A stretch of 64,000 nucleotides of DNA from Eledone cirrhosa. Taxonomy: Eukaryota. Positions 51,491-63,278 of this stretch are shown piece after piece (within the stretch, counting starts at the first letter, position 1; every line of letters begins with the position of its first letter). Location of the stretch: positions 405,108,001 to 405,172,000 of the forward strand of contig OZ024740.1 of the NCBI GenBank assembly GCA_964016885.1, read 5' to 3'. Position numbers and translations under genes: made by a program. Below the pieces are notes generated by a model. It was given only the letters and a program-made list of their open reading frames with translations. It was not told the DNA's origin and made no database searches.

Positions 51491-52379
51491 ATAGATTGAA
51501 AAACCAATGTTTATATTGTGGTTAATTTTACTCAGAGGCATTAATGATGGTGGCGGTTGATTTCTTACTGAGAATAAAACCAATTTTCTACCTATAAAAA
51601 AGGAAATGAAATGATTCCATCTTAACCCTTTCATTACTATACTTCTAATGACCATACCTATAATTTTCAAGTCATTTTGTAAATCATCAAGAATTTGCTT
51701 GGATACAATAATATAATGAACATTATTATATATATTATCATTTTTATGGCCGTTTTTCAATGCTCACATGAGTTGGAGGGGTTCTTTTCAACACATCTCT
51801 CCACTTATCACACTCCTTCATCATCTCCTCTGTGATTTGAGATCAGCTCTCACCACCTCCACAAGGGTCTTCCTTGGTCTACTTCTACTGTGGCTTCCTT
51901 CTACTGTGGCTTCCTTCTACTGTGGCTTCCTTCTATTGGGATTTCCTGGCACTTCACCTAATGATTATCATCATCATCATTTTACATCCGCTTTTCCCTG
52001 CTTGCAAGGGTTGGACAGGTTCTATTCAGCACAGCATCTCTCCACCCGTCGCGGTCCTTCGTCATTTCCTCAGAGTTTCAGCGATCTGAGGTCAGCTCTC
52101 ACCACCTCCGTATCTGTACCAACAGTTTTCTCCCTGGCACACCACTTCGAATTCCAGTTTCTCCCCCATTTCATCCAGGCTCTGCCATGCTCTCACATTT
52201 ACATTGCACATTCAGCTTCATTTCTCTCCAGCCTAGGCATGTCTTCTGCAGTCACTGCTCATGTTTTGTTACCATGCAGCTTCGCACTTTGCACACAGGC
52301 GTCATATAGTCATCATTTGTATGTAGGGAAAACCCTTTTGTTGTTAACAGTGGGAGTAGCTCTTTAAACTTCTTCCATC

Positions 52380-52942
52380 CTATCTTCTACATACAAAATC
52401 TTCCCTTCCTGTAAGTCTACCTGTTATCCCACTACATCTCTTGCATACTCAAGATTTACCCTGTGTACATTATAAACATTTTATTATGCCTACTCCTTTT
52501 CTACATATTGAACAGGGCCACTACCCTGAAGGAATCAGGGTCCTATCTTCTTACCTACTTACTAGCACTTTAGTTTTGGCTTAATTCACTCTCAAACCGT
52601 TTGACTTCAGATTCTGTTTCAATGGTTGGAACTTATTCTCTAGTTGGAACTTATTCTCTAGTTCTTTTATGGATTCAGCTATAAGGACCAGATCATTCAC
52701 ATAAAGAATTTCCCATGGACAGCCAGTCTTAAACTCTCTTGTTATGGCCTGGAGAGCTGATGAACAGCAGTGTGCTGAGAACTGAACCTTGATAAATCCC
52801 TACCTGCACCTTGAATTCTTCACTGAACTCACATCCTACTCTTACTTTACTGACAGCTCCTCTGTACATGGCTTGCACTAGTCTCATAAGCCATTTTTCT
52901 ACACCTTATTTTTTTAAGGACCACCAGATAACAGAACAAGGT
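52380..52942 (-). pseudogene. RTE-clade LINE reverse-transcriptase fragment
   Basis: Minus-strand translation SVIWWSLKK*GVEKWLMRLVQAMYRGAVSKVRVGCEFSEEFKVQVGIYQGSVLSTLLFI/LQAITREFKTGCPWEILYVNDLVLIAES...GLRVN*AKTKVL, with QGSVLS and a decayed YADD. Confidence 0.92.
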
Positions 52943-54324
52943 ATTTGTTAACCTGCTAGAAACACTAGCCCTCAGATAAACACTCCTTAAACAAGGAAAA
53001 ATACATTGGAAAATGCAGTCTTTCATATGCGTAAAGACAAGATGGTTGTAGCTGGAATGATTTCAAGCATAAATTTACACAATCAAGATTGACCTACGAC
53101 TAAACATATTTGTCGTACTTCATTTAAATGGGTAAACAGATTTTAATACTGATTTTAATAAATGTATAAAAAATATTTGATGAGGATTTAACTAGTAACA
53201 CTTAAAAAAACCATGCCAAGAAAAAGATTTTCTTGGGTCACATCAAGAACATAGAAAGCTCTCTAGTCTTGGGGCCATACAATACATCTAGTACAGTCTG
53301 TAAAGCAGGTAACATTACAAAGGGCATTCAACTGTGCCAAAACTGGAATGTATATGAGATATTGTGCTTGGCCTGTCTAGGACAGCAGATTCAGTTAAGT
53401 ACTAATGAGGCCTGTAATGACCTGTCAATTCATACAGCATAGAAAAGCAGGTGTAAAATGGGGTGTATATTGTTTATCCAATGTTAAATTTGACTGAAAA
53501 GCATTTGTTCAATGAATTTAAGTTGTTCATCTAAAGGTCGGGAAGACTTTCCAGCTGTATCAAAGACATTACAACCTCTTTAGTGCTGGTGATTTACATG
53601 ATAAATACACCCAGTACACTTTGTAAAGTGATTACTGATATGAAGGGCATACAACTATAGAAAACCTGTCAAACAAATGGTTGGGAGGATTTTTCATGTC
53701 AAAGACATGACAACTTCCATAGTGCTGGCACCATGATAAAATGCACTTGGTAGATTGCAGGATCATATATTTACAAATTGAGGGCTGTCTCAGAAATATT
53801 GTCCTTTCTTAATCTCTAACCTAAGGGGACTTGGTTAGAGAAACCTCTAGATAAGTGTGATGACTACATAATAAGACGGCTTAACTCAGTCCTGGTTATG
53901 ATTGTCATATTTTAGCTGTCAATTACTTCTATCTCAGAGGTTAATTGTGGTGACAAGTACTGACAGCTGATGAGTAATGCTGCTCCTGTATTTTTAGCAA
54001 CTACAGATACATACTATACCATTCCATTTTATATTCACACTTAAGGTACTCAACAAGCCACTAATTCACCTTATGCAATCATCATTATCGTTTTATATCT
54101 GCTTTCCCTCATTTATTGCGTTCGTTCATCACGTAATTTACTTTATGCTCTATTACATAAAAATACAGCTGCTCATTGGTAGGATCCCTGCAACAATTGC
54201 TCTGTATTTCCCTTAGTATATTAACTCATCTCGTTCACTCATTGAATATATTCACCCATGTTTATGCATAGGAACATGTAATATATATATATATATGATG
54301 ATATATATATATATATTACCATAT

Positions 54325-54395
54325 AAGCATATATTACCATATACAATATTCTTTTACCTGTTCCAGCCATTCAGCTGAGGCCATGCTGTATGTAC

Positions 54396-54444
<49 letters not shown>

Positions 54445-54519
54445 AATATATGTACATACAGCATGGCCTCAGCTGAATGGCTGGAACAGGTAGAATATTG
54501 TATATGGTAATATATGCTT
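54325..54519. repeat. Near-perfect palindrome centred on a (TA)n tract
   Basis: AAGCATATATTACCATATACAATATTC[TTT]TACCTGTTCCAGCCATTCAGCTGAGGCCATGCTGTATGTAC-(TA)n-exact reverse complement. The arms differ only by a 3-bp indel. Confidence 0.95.
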
Positions 54520-54973
54520 CTATATCTGAGGGTGCAGGCATGGCTAAATGGTAACAAGATTTGTTTCACAATCCCCAAATCTCATGTTTGATGTCATTTG
54601 CTGGCACTTTGCACATGTGTTTTCTAGCATATCCATGAATCAAATTAAATAGATGGAAACTGTAGGAGCATGCCATGAGTTGTACCTGTAATTTCAAAGG
54701 ACCAGCTTTAAGCACAACAACATGTTGCTTGTGCTCAAGGATTATGTTAAAGGTACAAGTATCCGTAATATACACTTTAACTAGAATACAATTAGAAGAT
54801 AGTTATATTGATTCAAACTACTAAAATACTGTTTAGTAAAATTGTCACAGGATCCATTAAACACTTCTAATAATATTTTTGCCCATTTATAATTTATATT
54901 ACTAATTTCTTAAGGTGTAATTGATGTTTCAGTTGTCTAATAACTTGTCTTCTATTTTTCTTGTTCATTTCAG

Positions 54974-54998
54974 TTACTAAAAAGGAATTAAAACAATG
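54974..54998 (+). CDS. NCS1: 25-bp coding micro-exon of a neuronal calcium sensor (NCS-1/frequenin-like) gene
   Basis: Branch-like CTAAT at 54937, then a pyrimidine tract and TTTCAG|TTACTAAAAAGGAATTAAAACAATG|GTAAGT. It reads (F)TKKELKQ(W), phase 1 in and phase 2 out, as recalled for the 25-bp (F)TEKEVQQ(W) exon of NCS-1. The symbol is tentative because only ~8 codons are visible. Confidence 0.7.
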
Positions 54999-55188
54999 GT
55001 AAGTAGCTTATATTATTTTGTTATTCAATTAGTTTGCAATCACACATATATGAAGTAGTTGTTTTTTTCTTAAGATTTTCAATGATTTTAATTGTTGGTA
55101 TATGACATAACAATGAAGCCAATAGATTTCAGAGAATGGAAGTATGTTGCGATGTTCATACTTTTCTCAAAACGGTGACACATTTTAA

Positions 55189-55382
55189 CCCTTTAGCATT
55201 TAAACCGGACGTATCCAGCCAGAATTCTCTCACCTCTTTCTGTTTAAACCGGTCTTAACTGGCTGCTCATACTGATAAGTTATTGTTCTCAAAATAAATA
55301 ACATCAAAATTTCATAGATTCGATATGTGAGATAATCATGTAAAATACAATAATATATATAGAGTAATGTAAATGCTAAGGG
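55189..55382. mobile_element. piggyBac-type MITE, family A
   Basis: TTAA|CCCTTTAGCATTTA ... TAAATGCTAAGGG|TTAA. Confidence 0.88.
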
Positions 55383-55844
55383 TTAAACATATGCAACTTA
55401 TAAGTGGTTTTTAAACTTGCTAAAAATAGCAACCAAATCTTCCTCAGATCCTACCATATCATTAGAGGGTAAAATATGGGGAATGATATTTTAAATAAGT
55501 TAGTCTTAGATACATAGTTTTAGATACATAGGCTGAAAGAAATGACATCTAAGGGTGGAATGTCATTGATCATAGATCTACTCAGTCGATATGGGGCTAA
55601 ATAACAACTGAGACAAATCTTGAATCTATCCTTCTGAAATGAAATTATCTCTGTTAGTTTAAAACTAGCTAAATCCAAGTCTTTGAAATAGAATACAGTA
55701 ACTACAGAGCTATAGTTGAAGGAGGACTAAAACATTTAATGTAGTGAACTAAAACACAAAGAAAGGGGGCTAATCTATTAAAATTACACAAATAATGTGA
55801 AGAGTAACAGAGGGGGATATTGTAACTTTGAAATTATATTAAAA

Positions 55845-56169
55845 ATTGGGGGTATATAGTAGGGGTGGGGTGTCTGTGGTTTAGTAAGTATGATGGCAGC
55901 ACCAGACATGTTTTAAAGAAGGTTCTTATAGCTTTCCTTTTTCGTTCAAGCATTTAGGTCTTAAAATATATTTCGACCATAACTATAGATTAGCTAATTT
56001 CTTAGATGTGATGTTAGACCTCAACTCTGGCTTATTTGAACCCTTTCTCAAGATCAATGACAATCTAAATTTGATTAATTGGCATTCAAACTACCCTAAG
56101 TCTCTCATCAACTCCATTGTTGGAAATGTGTCTTGTAGCCTGTCAGCCTCCAAATCCACCTTATTGTGA
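55845..56169 (+). pseudogene. Decayed Penelope-like element RT fragment
   Basis: From 55945 it reads FKHLGLKIYFDHNYRLANFLDVMLDLNSGLFEPFLKINDNLNLINWHSNYPKSLINSIVGNVSCSLS. This fits the PLE pattern FK..GL.I......VNFLDV.LDL..G...P..K.ND....I...SNHP.SI......I..RLS. Confidence 0.85.
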
Positions 56170-56415
56170 TCCTGGTTTTTATTCTTTTCTTTATTTAATT
56201 ACTATCTTTATTTATTTATTATTGTTTATTTTTGCTTATTATTTTATTGGCTTACTATTTTTGACTACTATTTCTGTAATATTTTGATTCTTAATTTCAC
56301 TATGTGCCAGTGTTTTGTTCTTTCGGTCTGTTAGTAGTAAGTAATACTTATTGCACAAATGCAGCACCCTCACCTTGGATTATGACATGTTTTTCCTCCT
56401 TCATCCCTGTTAATT

Positions 56416-56526
56416 TCTTTCTGATGAAGTGCAATAATTAAAATGCAATGCATACGATTGAGCATTGTATAATGCAGTCAGCACATGTAGACAGTTATGT
56501 AATTGTACAGAAACATATGTTAAAGA
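56416..56526 (+). ncRNA. Degenerate type I hammerhead ribozyme downstream of the PLE RT fragment
   Basis: Stem I TCTTT/AAAGA; CTGATGA (56421-27); stem II GTGCAAT/ATTGTAC with a large loop and an A-A mismatch at 10.1/11.1; GAAA (56510-13); palindromic stem III ACATATGT; UH = TT; AATAAA at 56537. Confidence 0.55.
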
Positions 56527-56969
56527 TTGAATATTCAATAAATGTCTCCTTCTGATGACTCCTTCCTGCCCAGTTATTCTTATTTTTCCCGGTACCATAC
56601 TTGTGTGTCTGTGTGTAAACAAGTTCGGATCTAGCTGTCAAAACGGCTGGAGCTCAGCCGTCGGGTTCCTGACTCTTTTCATATATATAATATTCTGTAT
56701 GTGTCTGTGATTATATCTACAATGTTTAACTGGTGCTTTTGTTTCTGTCCCATAACTTAGTGGATCAACAAATGGAGACCAATAAAAAAAAAAGTACCAA
56801 ACTTTAAAAATATGTATTAGGGTTGATACAATCAATTTCTCCCATGAGGGTGGTACCCTTAGCGTGGTTTTAGTTTAATAACTGAAACCAATAACTGAGT
56901 AAAATAGCATATATAATTAAAAACAAAAATCAGTTCCTAACTGACATAGTACATTACCTATTGCATTAA

Positions 56970-57188
56970 CCTTTTTGTTACCATATTTCTTATGAAAAAA
57001 TACTGCCTATAATTTTAAAATCAAATAAAGAATTTAGAGGAATTTAATAAAATAACTTTCTCTTTATTTATTTGGTGTTTGGAGCATATAATTATGACAA
57101 GGTTTTTAAATAAATATAAGCACTTGAACACAAATAGTTTCATAATGTAGAACCAGAGCTGGTTTCATGAAATTTAGTATTAAAAGGG
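56970..57188. mobile_element. piggyBac-type MITE, family B
   Basis: TTAA|CCTTTTTGTTACC ... AGTATTAAAAGGG|TTAA. Confidence 0.75.
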
Positions 57189-57324
57189 TTAATATTAGGC
57201 ATAAGTTAGTGTGTAATAAACAAAAGAAAGGAAAGAGCCTTTCATCAAATCAGGCCAAGGAAGCAATGTTTCCGTTGGTCTTTTAGTTGATGATACTATC
57301 TAATGGTTGCAGATCCTGGTAGAA

Positions 57325-57438
57325 GGAGCAGTGAAATATAGTATTTTGCTGAAAAACAACACATTGCCTAGTCCAGTAATCAAACTCACCCGCCTATGAT
57401 TGTGAGTCTAACACCCTAACCACTAGGCGATGTGCCTT
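57325..57438 (-). mobile_element. Old copy of the tRNA/CORE SINE head
   Basis: The reverse strand reads AGGCACATCGCCTAGTGGTTAGGG...GAGTTTGATTAC...TGTGTTGTTTTTCAGCAAAATACTATATTTCACTGCTCC. Confidence 0.7.
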
Positions 57439-57879
57439 TAATGAAGTCTCGTCATGTACTATACATACACTTTTGATGAGTTGTAGTGCACCTGAGCACT
57501 GTACACAATATTTTCATTATTATTTTATTTCATTATTGATTTGAAGCAAGAGATCTCAATGTTCAAATTGTTATTGTGTATTCCCCAGCTCTGTTTGAAC
57601 TGATCTGACACACGTTGTTAGCTGTTTCTGCTCATCTGAGAACTGTGCTACACACTCCATTATGTAGTGGTGTATTTTATGGGTTGTAGATTGTGGCTGT
57701 TTGAATATGTATTATTTTCACTGTCTTGTCTTTTCTGTATGGCTATCATTGTTATTCAGCAATGAAAATCAGACATATTGACATTGATTGAGAAAGTCTA
57801 TGATCAAAGGTATTCCAGCCTTGATCACCCTATCTTTTTATTTAGGGCAACATTATCGAATATGCTCTTCCTGTTTTAA

Positions 57880-58098
57880 CTCTTCCAATACTACCCAAAA
57901 CTGCCTCTGGCAATATCAAACAAAATCATCCATTTAGAATGTTCTTATTAAATCAAAATCATCTCCCAACATCTTATATAAAAGCTTTTATATGTTCCAA
58001 ATACCATTATAATAATTGAAATAATTTTAGTAAATGTCTCTAAATTATTCATCAATTAAAATACAGTGTATTTAGGTAGAAACGTGGTAATGAAAGAG
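57880..58098. mobile_element. piggyBac-type MITE, family B, nested in an older dispersed repeat
   Basis: TTAA|CTCTT ... GTGGTAATGAAAGAG|TTAA. Confidence 0.7.
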
Positions 58099-60208
58099 TT
58101 AAGATAGTTGGGTGTGATTTGACTGCTATATCTAGGAAACTGATTACATAACAGCTTCCTTTATGGCTTATGTGTGTTCATTTCCCTATAGATATTGTTG
58201 GTGGCTACAGCAGAAGTGGTCTCTGGCCAAATCACAATATAGTAACAGATTATTTATATTTTTAATTAATTTCAATCGGGGAAAATTGATTTGTAAAATG
58301 AGTAAATCGTAAAACGAGCTCGGTCATGGAATGAATTAAACTCATACTGTGAGGTATCACTGTAGTTCCTGTTTCTCTGCACTGGAGCCTATGTAATTAT
58401 ATTCACTTGCCCAAGCTGTATCAGTTTTTACCTTTCTCTTTAGTTGTATGGAGAGAGTAGACATGCATTCATGAGTAACTACTAGTTTTACACAAAAAAC
58501 ATGATGTGCCTTGAAGAGGAATTTTTACAGTGCAAACCCATAGTCAGTGATGACTATAAAGGCTTTATTTTATACTGGTTAATGTTGTCTTTTAAATATC
58601 TGGTAGCTGTATCACTATCCACCACCTACAACTGGTTCTCTAGCAGAACAGCTCTGCCAAGAAAAGAATAATTTATACTGGTTAATGTAGTTATTTTTTA
58701 GATATGCTATTAAAAGCATTCCAACTAGATCCATCATCTTTTTAAAGGAACATAGGACTACATTATCTAATCTGTCCTTCCCATATTAAAACAGCAGGGT
58801 GTTATTTGAAGAACATTTAGCTATTTCTAGCAGATTAAGTGAACTCATAAAAGTTGCCTTAGATTCGAATGCATTTTTCAATAATGTTCCAACATATCTA
58901 TGATCTCTAGTGTTGAATAAGTTTAGAAATTTGATAATCTTGTATGAGTCTGTTGGCTTATAATTATAACAGAGTATTTTTCAAGCAAAAAGTGATTCAC
59001 AAATGTAAGAAAAAAAAAGTTGTTAAATTCCTTGGTTGGACAACGTATGATGAAAACATGACCATAAAAAAAAAATTGGCAATAATTGTAACAAAGTGTG
59101 TGTGTGAGATATGGGGATTGTAAAGAAATGGGTTTATACCAGCCATAAGAATATTTGTTATTGCCTTGATACTGAAAGCTTTAATAGAGCCATGGTTTAA
59201 CATGTGTAAGAGTGGTCTATATATATTTGGTGTTTGGAATGAAGAGTATCATTAATAAGCTTTGTCAGGGGTTTTCCCCCACCATTTGCACACCACATTA
59301 CCACACCCTATTTTGAAGGATATTGTTAGCTAGCTTAGTTGTTGAAGAGTTTCCTGTTGGTTGCCTGGCACAGAACAGTTGTAAACACTGTTCCAACATA
59401 GAAATGATAGGAAGTTTAAATAGTTCATCATACTTGAAGAGAGAAAAAAATGTTAACACGAAAATGGCATGTTAAAATACAATCAATAATGCTGCATTGA
59501 ACAGTGATTATGATGTGGGGTGGGGTAGTAAGTGTGTATGGTCTTTATATATGTGTGGATGTATATAACATGTTATGGTATGTAATATATTATAGTATAT
59601 AACATGTTATGGTATGTACTATGTTATGGTATGTATAGTTATGTATGTGGTATGTATGTATAGGTGAGATTGTCTGTGCTTTATTATATATATATATGTA
59701 TGTGTGTGGGATAAGTGGATCTTTTTATCACCAACACAAATGATTTATATCTGTGTATCAGATCTATTGCTGTATTTGTTTACATGTTTTGTTTCTATTT
59801 AGACTTGTGTTCACATACATGTATATGACATCATGTATGCATAAAAACTTTTCTAAAAATATTGGCTAAAACTTTCAGATTTATAGGGCTGTTGAAATAG
59901 GTTATTTAGAGATTCATGTTTTTTCAACAGCATTAGTACTGAAAGTAAAATAAAATGACTACAGCTGGAAATCCAAATTGACAGCAGATTTTTGTCAAGG
60001 CATTCTTATCTTAATATGCATGAACAGCAAGGCATGGAGTGGATGAGAAAAACTGGATATGTGATGTGTATGGATGATTGTTGGATGAAGTGTTAGGAAT
60101 TCTCTGTAGAAGGGAACACAGTAGGTAGAAGGAAGCTGTGCTGAAAATAACCCATCCAACCCATGCAAGCATAGAAAAATGGATGTAATATAAGAATGAC
60201 TCAATAAT

Positions 60209-60393
60209 TGTTTCTACTTTAGGCACAAGGCCAGCAATTACCCAGTACATTACTGGTACTTTATTTTATCGACCCCGTAAGGATGAAAGGCAAAGTTAAC
60301 CTCGGCGGGATTTGAACTCGGACTGTAAAGGGACGTAACTATGCTAGAAAGCATGGTGTCCAACCCTCTACCGATACTGCTAATTCACCGCCC
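60209..60393 (-). mobile_element. Full-length tRNA-derived SINE (second family), 18-bp TSD
   Basis: Closely similar to 49976-50164. TSD TAAGAATGACTCAATAAT at 60191-208 and 60394-411. Confidence 0.93.
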
Positions 60394-61107
60394 TAAGAAT
60401 GACTCAATAATGTTTGTCATTATGGCAAATATTGAGAAAATATACATTTTTTTTTTCTAAATCAAACACAGACTTAAGAAAACAGCTAATTGTTCAACAT
60501 TGACCAGCAAATATATAAAAATATAAAAATATATTGGTATTGATTTAAACAAAATGGTATGCTCACACACTAATGTTCAGTATTTTATTACATTGTAACT
60601 ATTAGATTTGGGTTTCTTAAAAAGAAATGGGGCAAGCATGTTATGTTGTTTCACGTATGTTAACATTACACAGCACAAGTGAACTGAGAGAAAAGATTAG
60701 TATAAGAGGAATTTTATGTAGCATGCAAGTAAGATGATTTTACTGTGTACTGGTATGGATATGTGATGTGTAAACGGTGCTTGAAGTGGGTGGAACCTGT
60801 AGAAGGGGAAGACCAAGGAAAATATGCAATGAAATTGTAAAGAATGAACTCAAGAAACTGACTCTCATGAAGATTACATAGGACTGAGCTGGCTGTCAAT
60901 ATACCATAATACAAAAGACACATCCATCAGTCAAGCACTGCAACACAATAAGCAACCATGGTGAGAGACTGGAGGCTAGTGTTTGGTGGTCTAACATAGA
61001 TAATATAGGGTTTGAGACAACTCTTCAGTTTTGCTGAACAAATGACAACTTCTCTAGTGCTGGTGCCATGATAAAATACATCCAGTACACATTGTAAAGT
61101 GTATTGT

Positions 61108-61481
61108 TGTAAAGCATTTCCCACAAAGGTACAATAGTATATATAGAGCGATAAAATGACAAGTCAGTCAATCATATTGATGGCCTCCCCACAGCCCCGG
61201 TGGACAGAATAGAGAAGGCGTTTCCCCCGGAGGACGGCAAGGGAGATGCGCTGGAAAAGCCATTCCAGCTCGCAAGGCTCACACCTGCGGCTGGTCAGCT
61301 CAGCGCTGATGGTGGTGAGTAGGGAGGTTGCCCTAGGGCCGAGGACACCAGAAGTCTCCACTGCCAAGGGCACAACTGCAAACCTGTCGGAGAGTGACCT
61401 GTATTGAAGAGTTTGGTCTCCTCAGCTCAACGTGCAGCAGAACCTGGGTTAGTTGCAGACTTGACCAGGTTGCGACTGGAG
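61108..61481 (-). mobile_element. 5'-truncated CRE-clade (restriction-like endonuclease) non-LTR retrotransposon, 12-bp TSD
   Basis: With two frameshifts it reads SATNPGSAAR*AEETKL/YRSLSDRFAVVPLAVETSGVLGPRATSLL...WLFQRISLAVLRG/NAFSIL, the CRE RLE C-terminus. TSD AAAGTGTATTGT at 61096-107 and 61482-93. Confidence 0.88.
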
Positions 61482-62249
61482 AAAGTGTATTGTCATGATA
61501 AAATGCACCAAATTCATTTTGTAGAGTAGTTAGTGTTAGGAAGAGCATTCATAGAAACCATGCCAAATATGGAGCATATAAGGTCACTCTGACATATCTG
61601 GTCTCAGACTGTGACAACCCTTCTAACCCATGTTGGCGTAGAAAGTGGACGTAAAATGATGAATCAATTGATATCAATAGTTTAATTAATCAATAAATCA
61701 GGTAGGTGACATACTAAATTATGTTAACAATAGTTTTCTAATAATTTGTTATTATAGATGTTATCATTACAGGTCTATCTGCTTTCACATCTAACTTTGC
61801 TTAACATATATATTACATATCCACACTTGAATTCAACTGTTGCTAGAATGGGCCTTAAATGATATCAAATTACAATGAGGCTAGTACAATTTATACAGTA
61901 ATTCTCATTCTTTTACTGATTTCAATCATTTGACTGCAGCCATGGACACTACCCTCAAGGGTTGGTCATATCATTCTCAGTACATTTTATTTTTCAAGTT
62001 TATTTTCTTAATCTCCTTTTTGGCAAACTAATAAGTTATAAGACATAAACAAATGACATGCACACACACTCTCTCTTTCTCTCTTTCTCTCTCTCCCTCT
62101 CTCTCTTTCTTTCTCTCTCTCTCTTTCTCTCCCTCTCTCTCTTTCTTTCTCTCTCTCTCTTTCTCTCCCTCTCTCTCTTTCTTTCTCTCTCTCTCTTTCT
62201 CTCTCTCTCTCTCCAACCCTTGCTAGTAGGGAAAATGGATGTTGAATGA

Positions 62250-62928
62250 TATCGTTTTACGTCCGTTCTTCAACACTAGCATGGGTTAGACGGGTTGTCC
62301 TGTTGTGGGCAGTGTCCAGTCGGCTGACCTTGTCTTGCTCATACAGGAACTGATTCTGGCTTGATTTCTACAGCTGGATGCCCTTCCTAACACCAACCTC
62401 ATTTACAGTGATGCTGGGTGCTTTTTTCCGTGGTGCCTACACGTCCACTTTACAGTGTGGGCTGGGTGCTTTTTTTGCTGTGGCACCTCCACGACCACTT
62501 TGCAGTGGGAGGGTGTGGAGGCATATTGTCTATATGCTTCAGCTTGTACCTATGGGAGGTCGGGTCTTCTGTATTACTGCGTGACGCCAGAGGTCAATTG
62601 GGTAAGGTCGGCCTTTATCACCTCATCCCAGGTCTTCTTGGGTCTCCTCACTCCGCGGTTTCCATCGACTTCTAGTGCTCTGCACCTTTTTATGCAGCTG
62701 TCATCCTTCATACGCATCACATGTCCATACAAACGTAACCTTCTCTCCTGCACACAGCATTTGATTCCTCTTATGCTCAGTCTCTCTCAATTCGTTTATA
62801 CTTTGCCGTTCATGTATAATACTATTACACATCCATCGGAGCATGCAGGCTTCATTTCTTTCTAATCTGTGCAAGTCTTCTACAGACAGAGCCCAGGTTT
62901 CACTTCCATGTAACATTGCTGTTCGTAT
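62250..62928 (-). mobile_element. 5'-truncated RTE-clade LINE (C-terminal ORF plus 3' UTR)
   Basis: IRTAMLHGSETWALSVEDLHRLERNEACMLRWMCN.../VQERRLRLYGHVMRMKDDSCIKRC; the 3' UTR ends GGACGTAAAACGAT. Confidence 0.92.
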
Positions 62929-62941
62929 GATATATATATAT

Positions 62942-63278
62942 GGAGGCACATGGCTTAGTGGTTAGAGCATTGGCCTTGCAATCGAAAGGTTGAGAGTTCA
63001 ATTCTCAGACCGGGTGATGTGTTGTTTCCTTGAGCAAAACACTTTATTTCACATTGCTCCAGTTTACTCAGCTGTAGAAATGCGATGATAGGGACTGGGG
63101 TCTCTATCATTACACTGCAAAGTGGTCGTGGAGGTGCCACGTCAAAAAAGCACCCAGCACTCACTGTAAATGAGGTTGGTGTTGGGAAGGGCATCCAGCT
63201 GTAGAAATCAAGCCAGAATCAGTTTCCGTCCCAGCCTTGCAAGCAGGGAAAAAGCGGATGTAAAATGAATGAAATGAA

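Noticed and set aside
51768-52367. 199-aa ORF
   Set aside because: Antisense mosaic of RTE tail fragments and an 18-bp tandem repeat (CTTCTACTGTGGCTTC); no protein motif.
53967-54020. CTGATGAG motif as a hammerhead
   Set aside because: A weak stem II is possible, but no GAAA follows.
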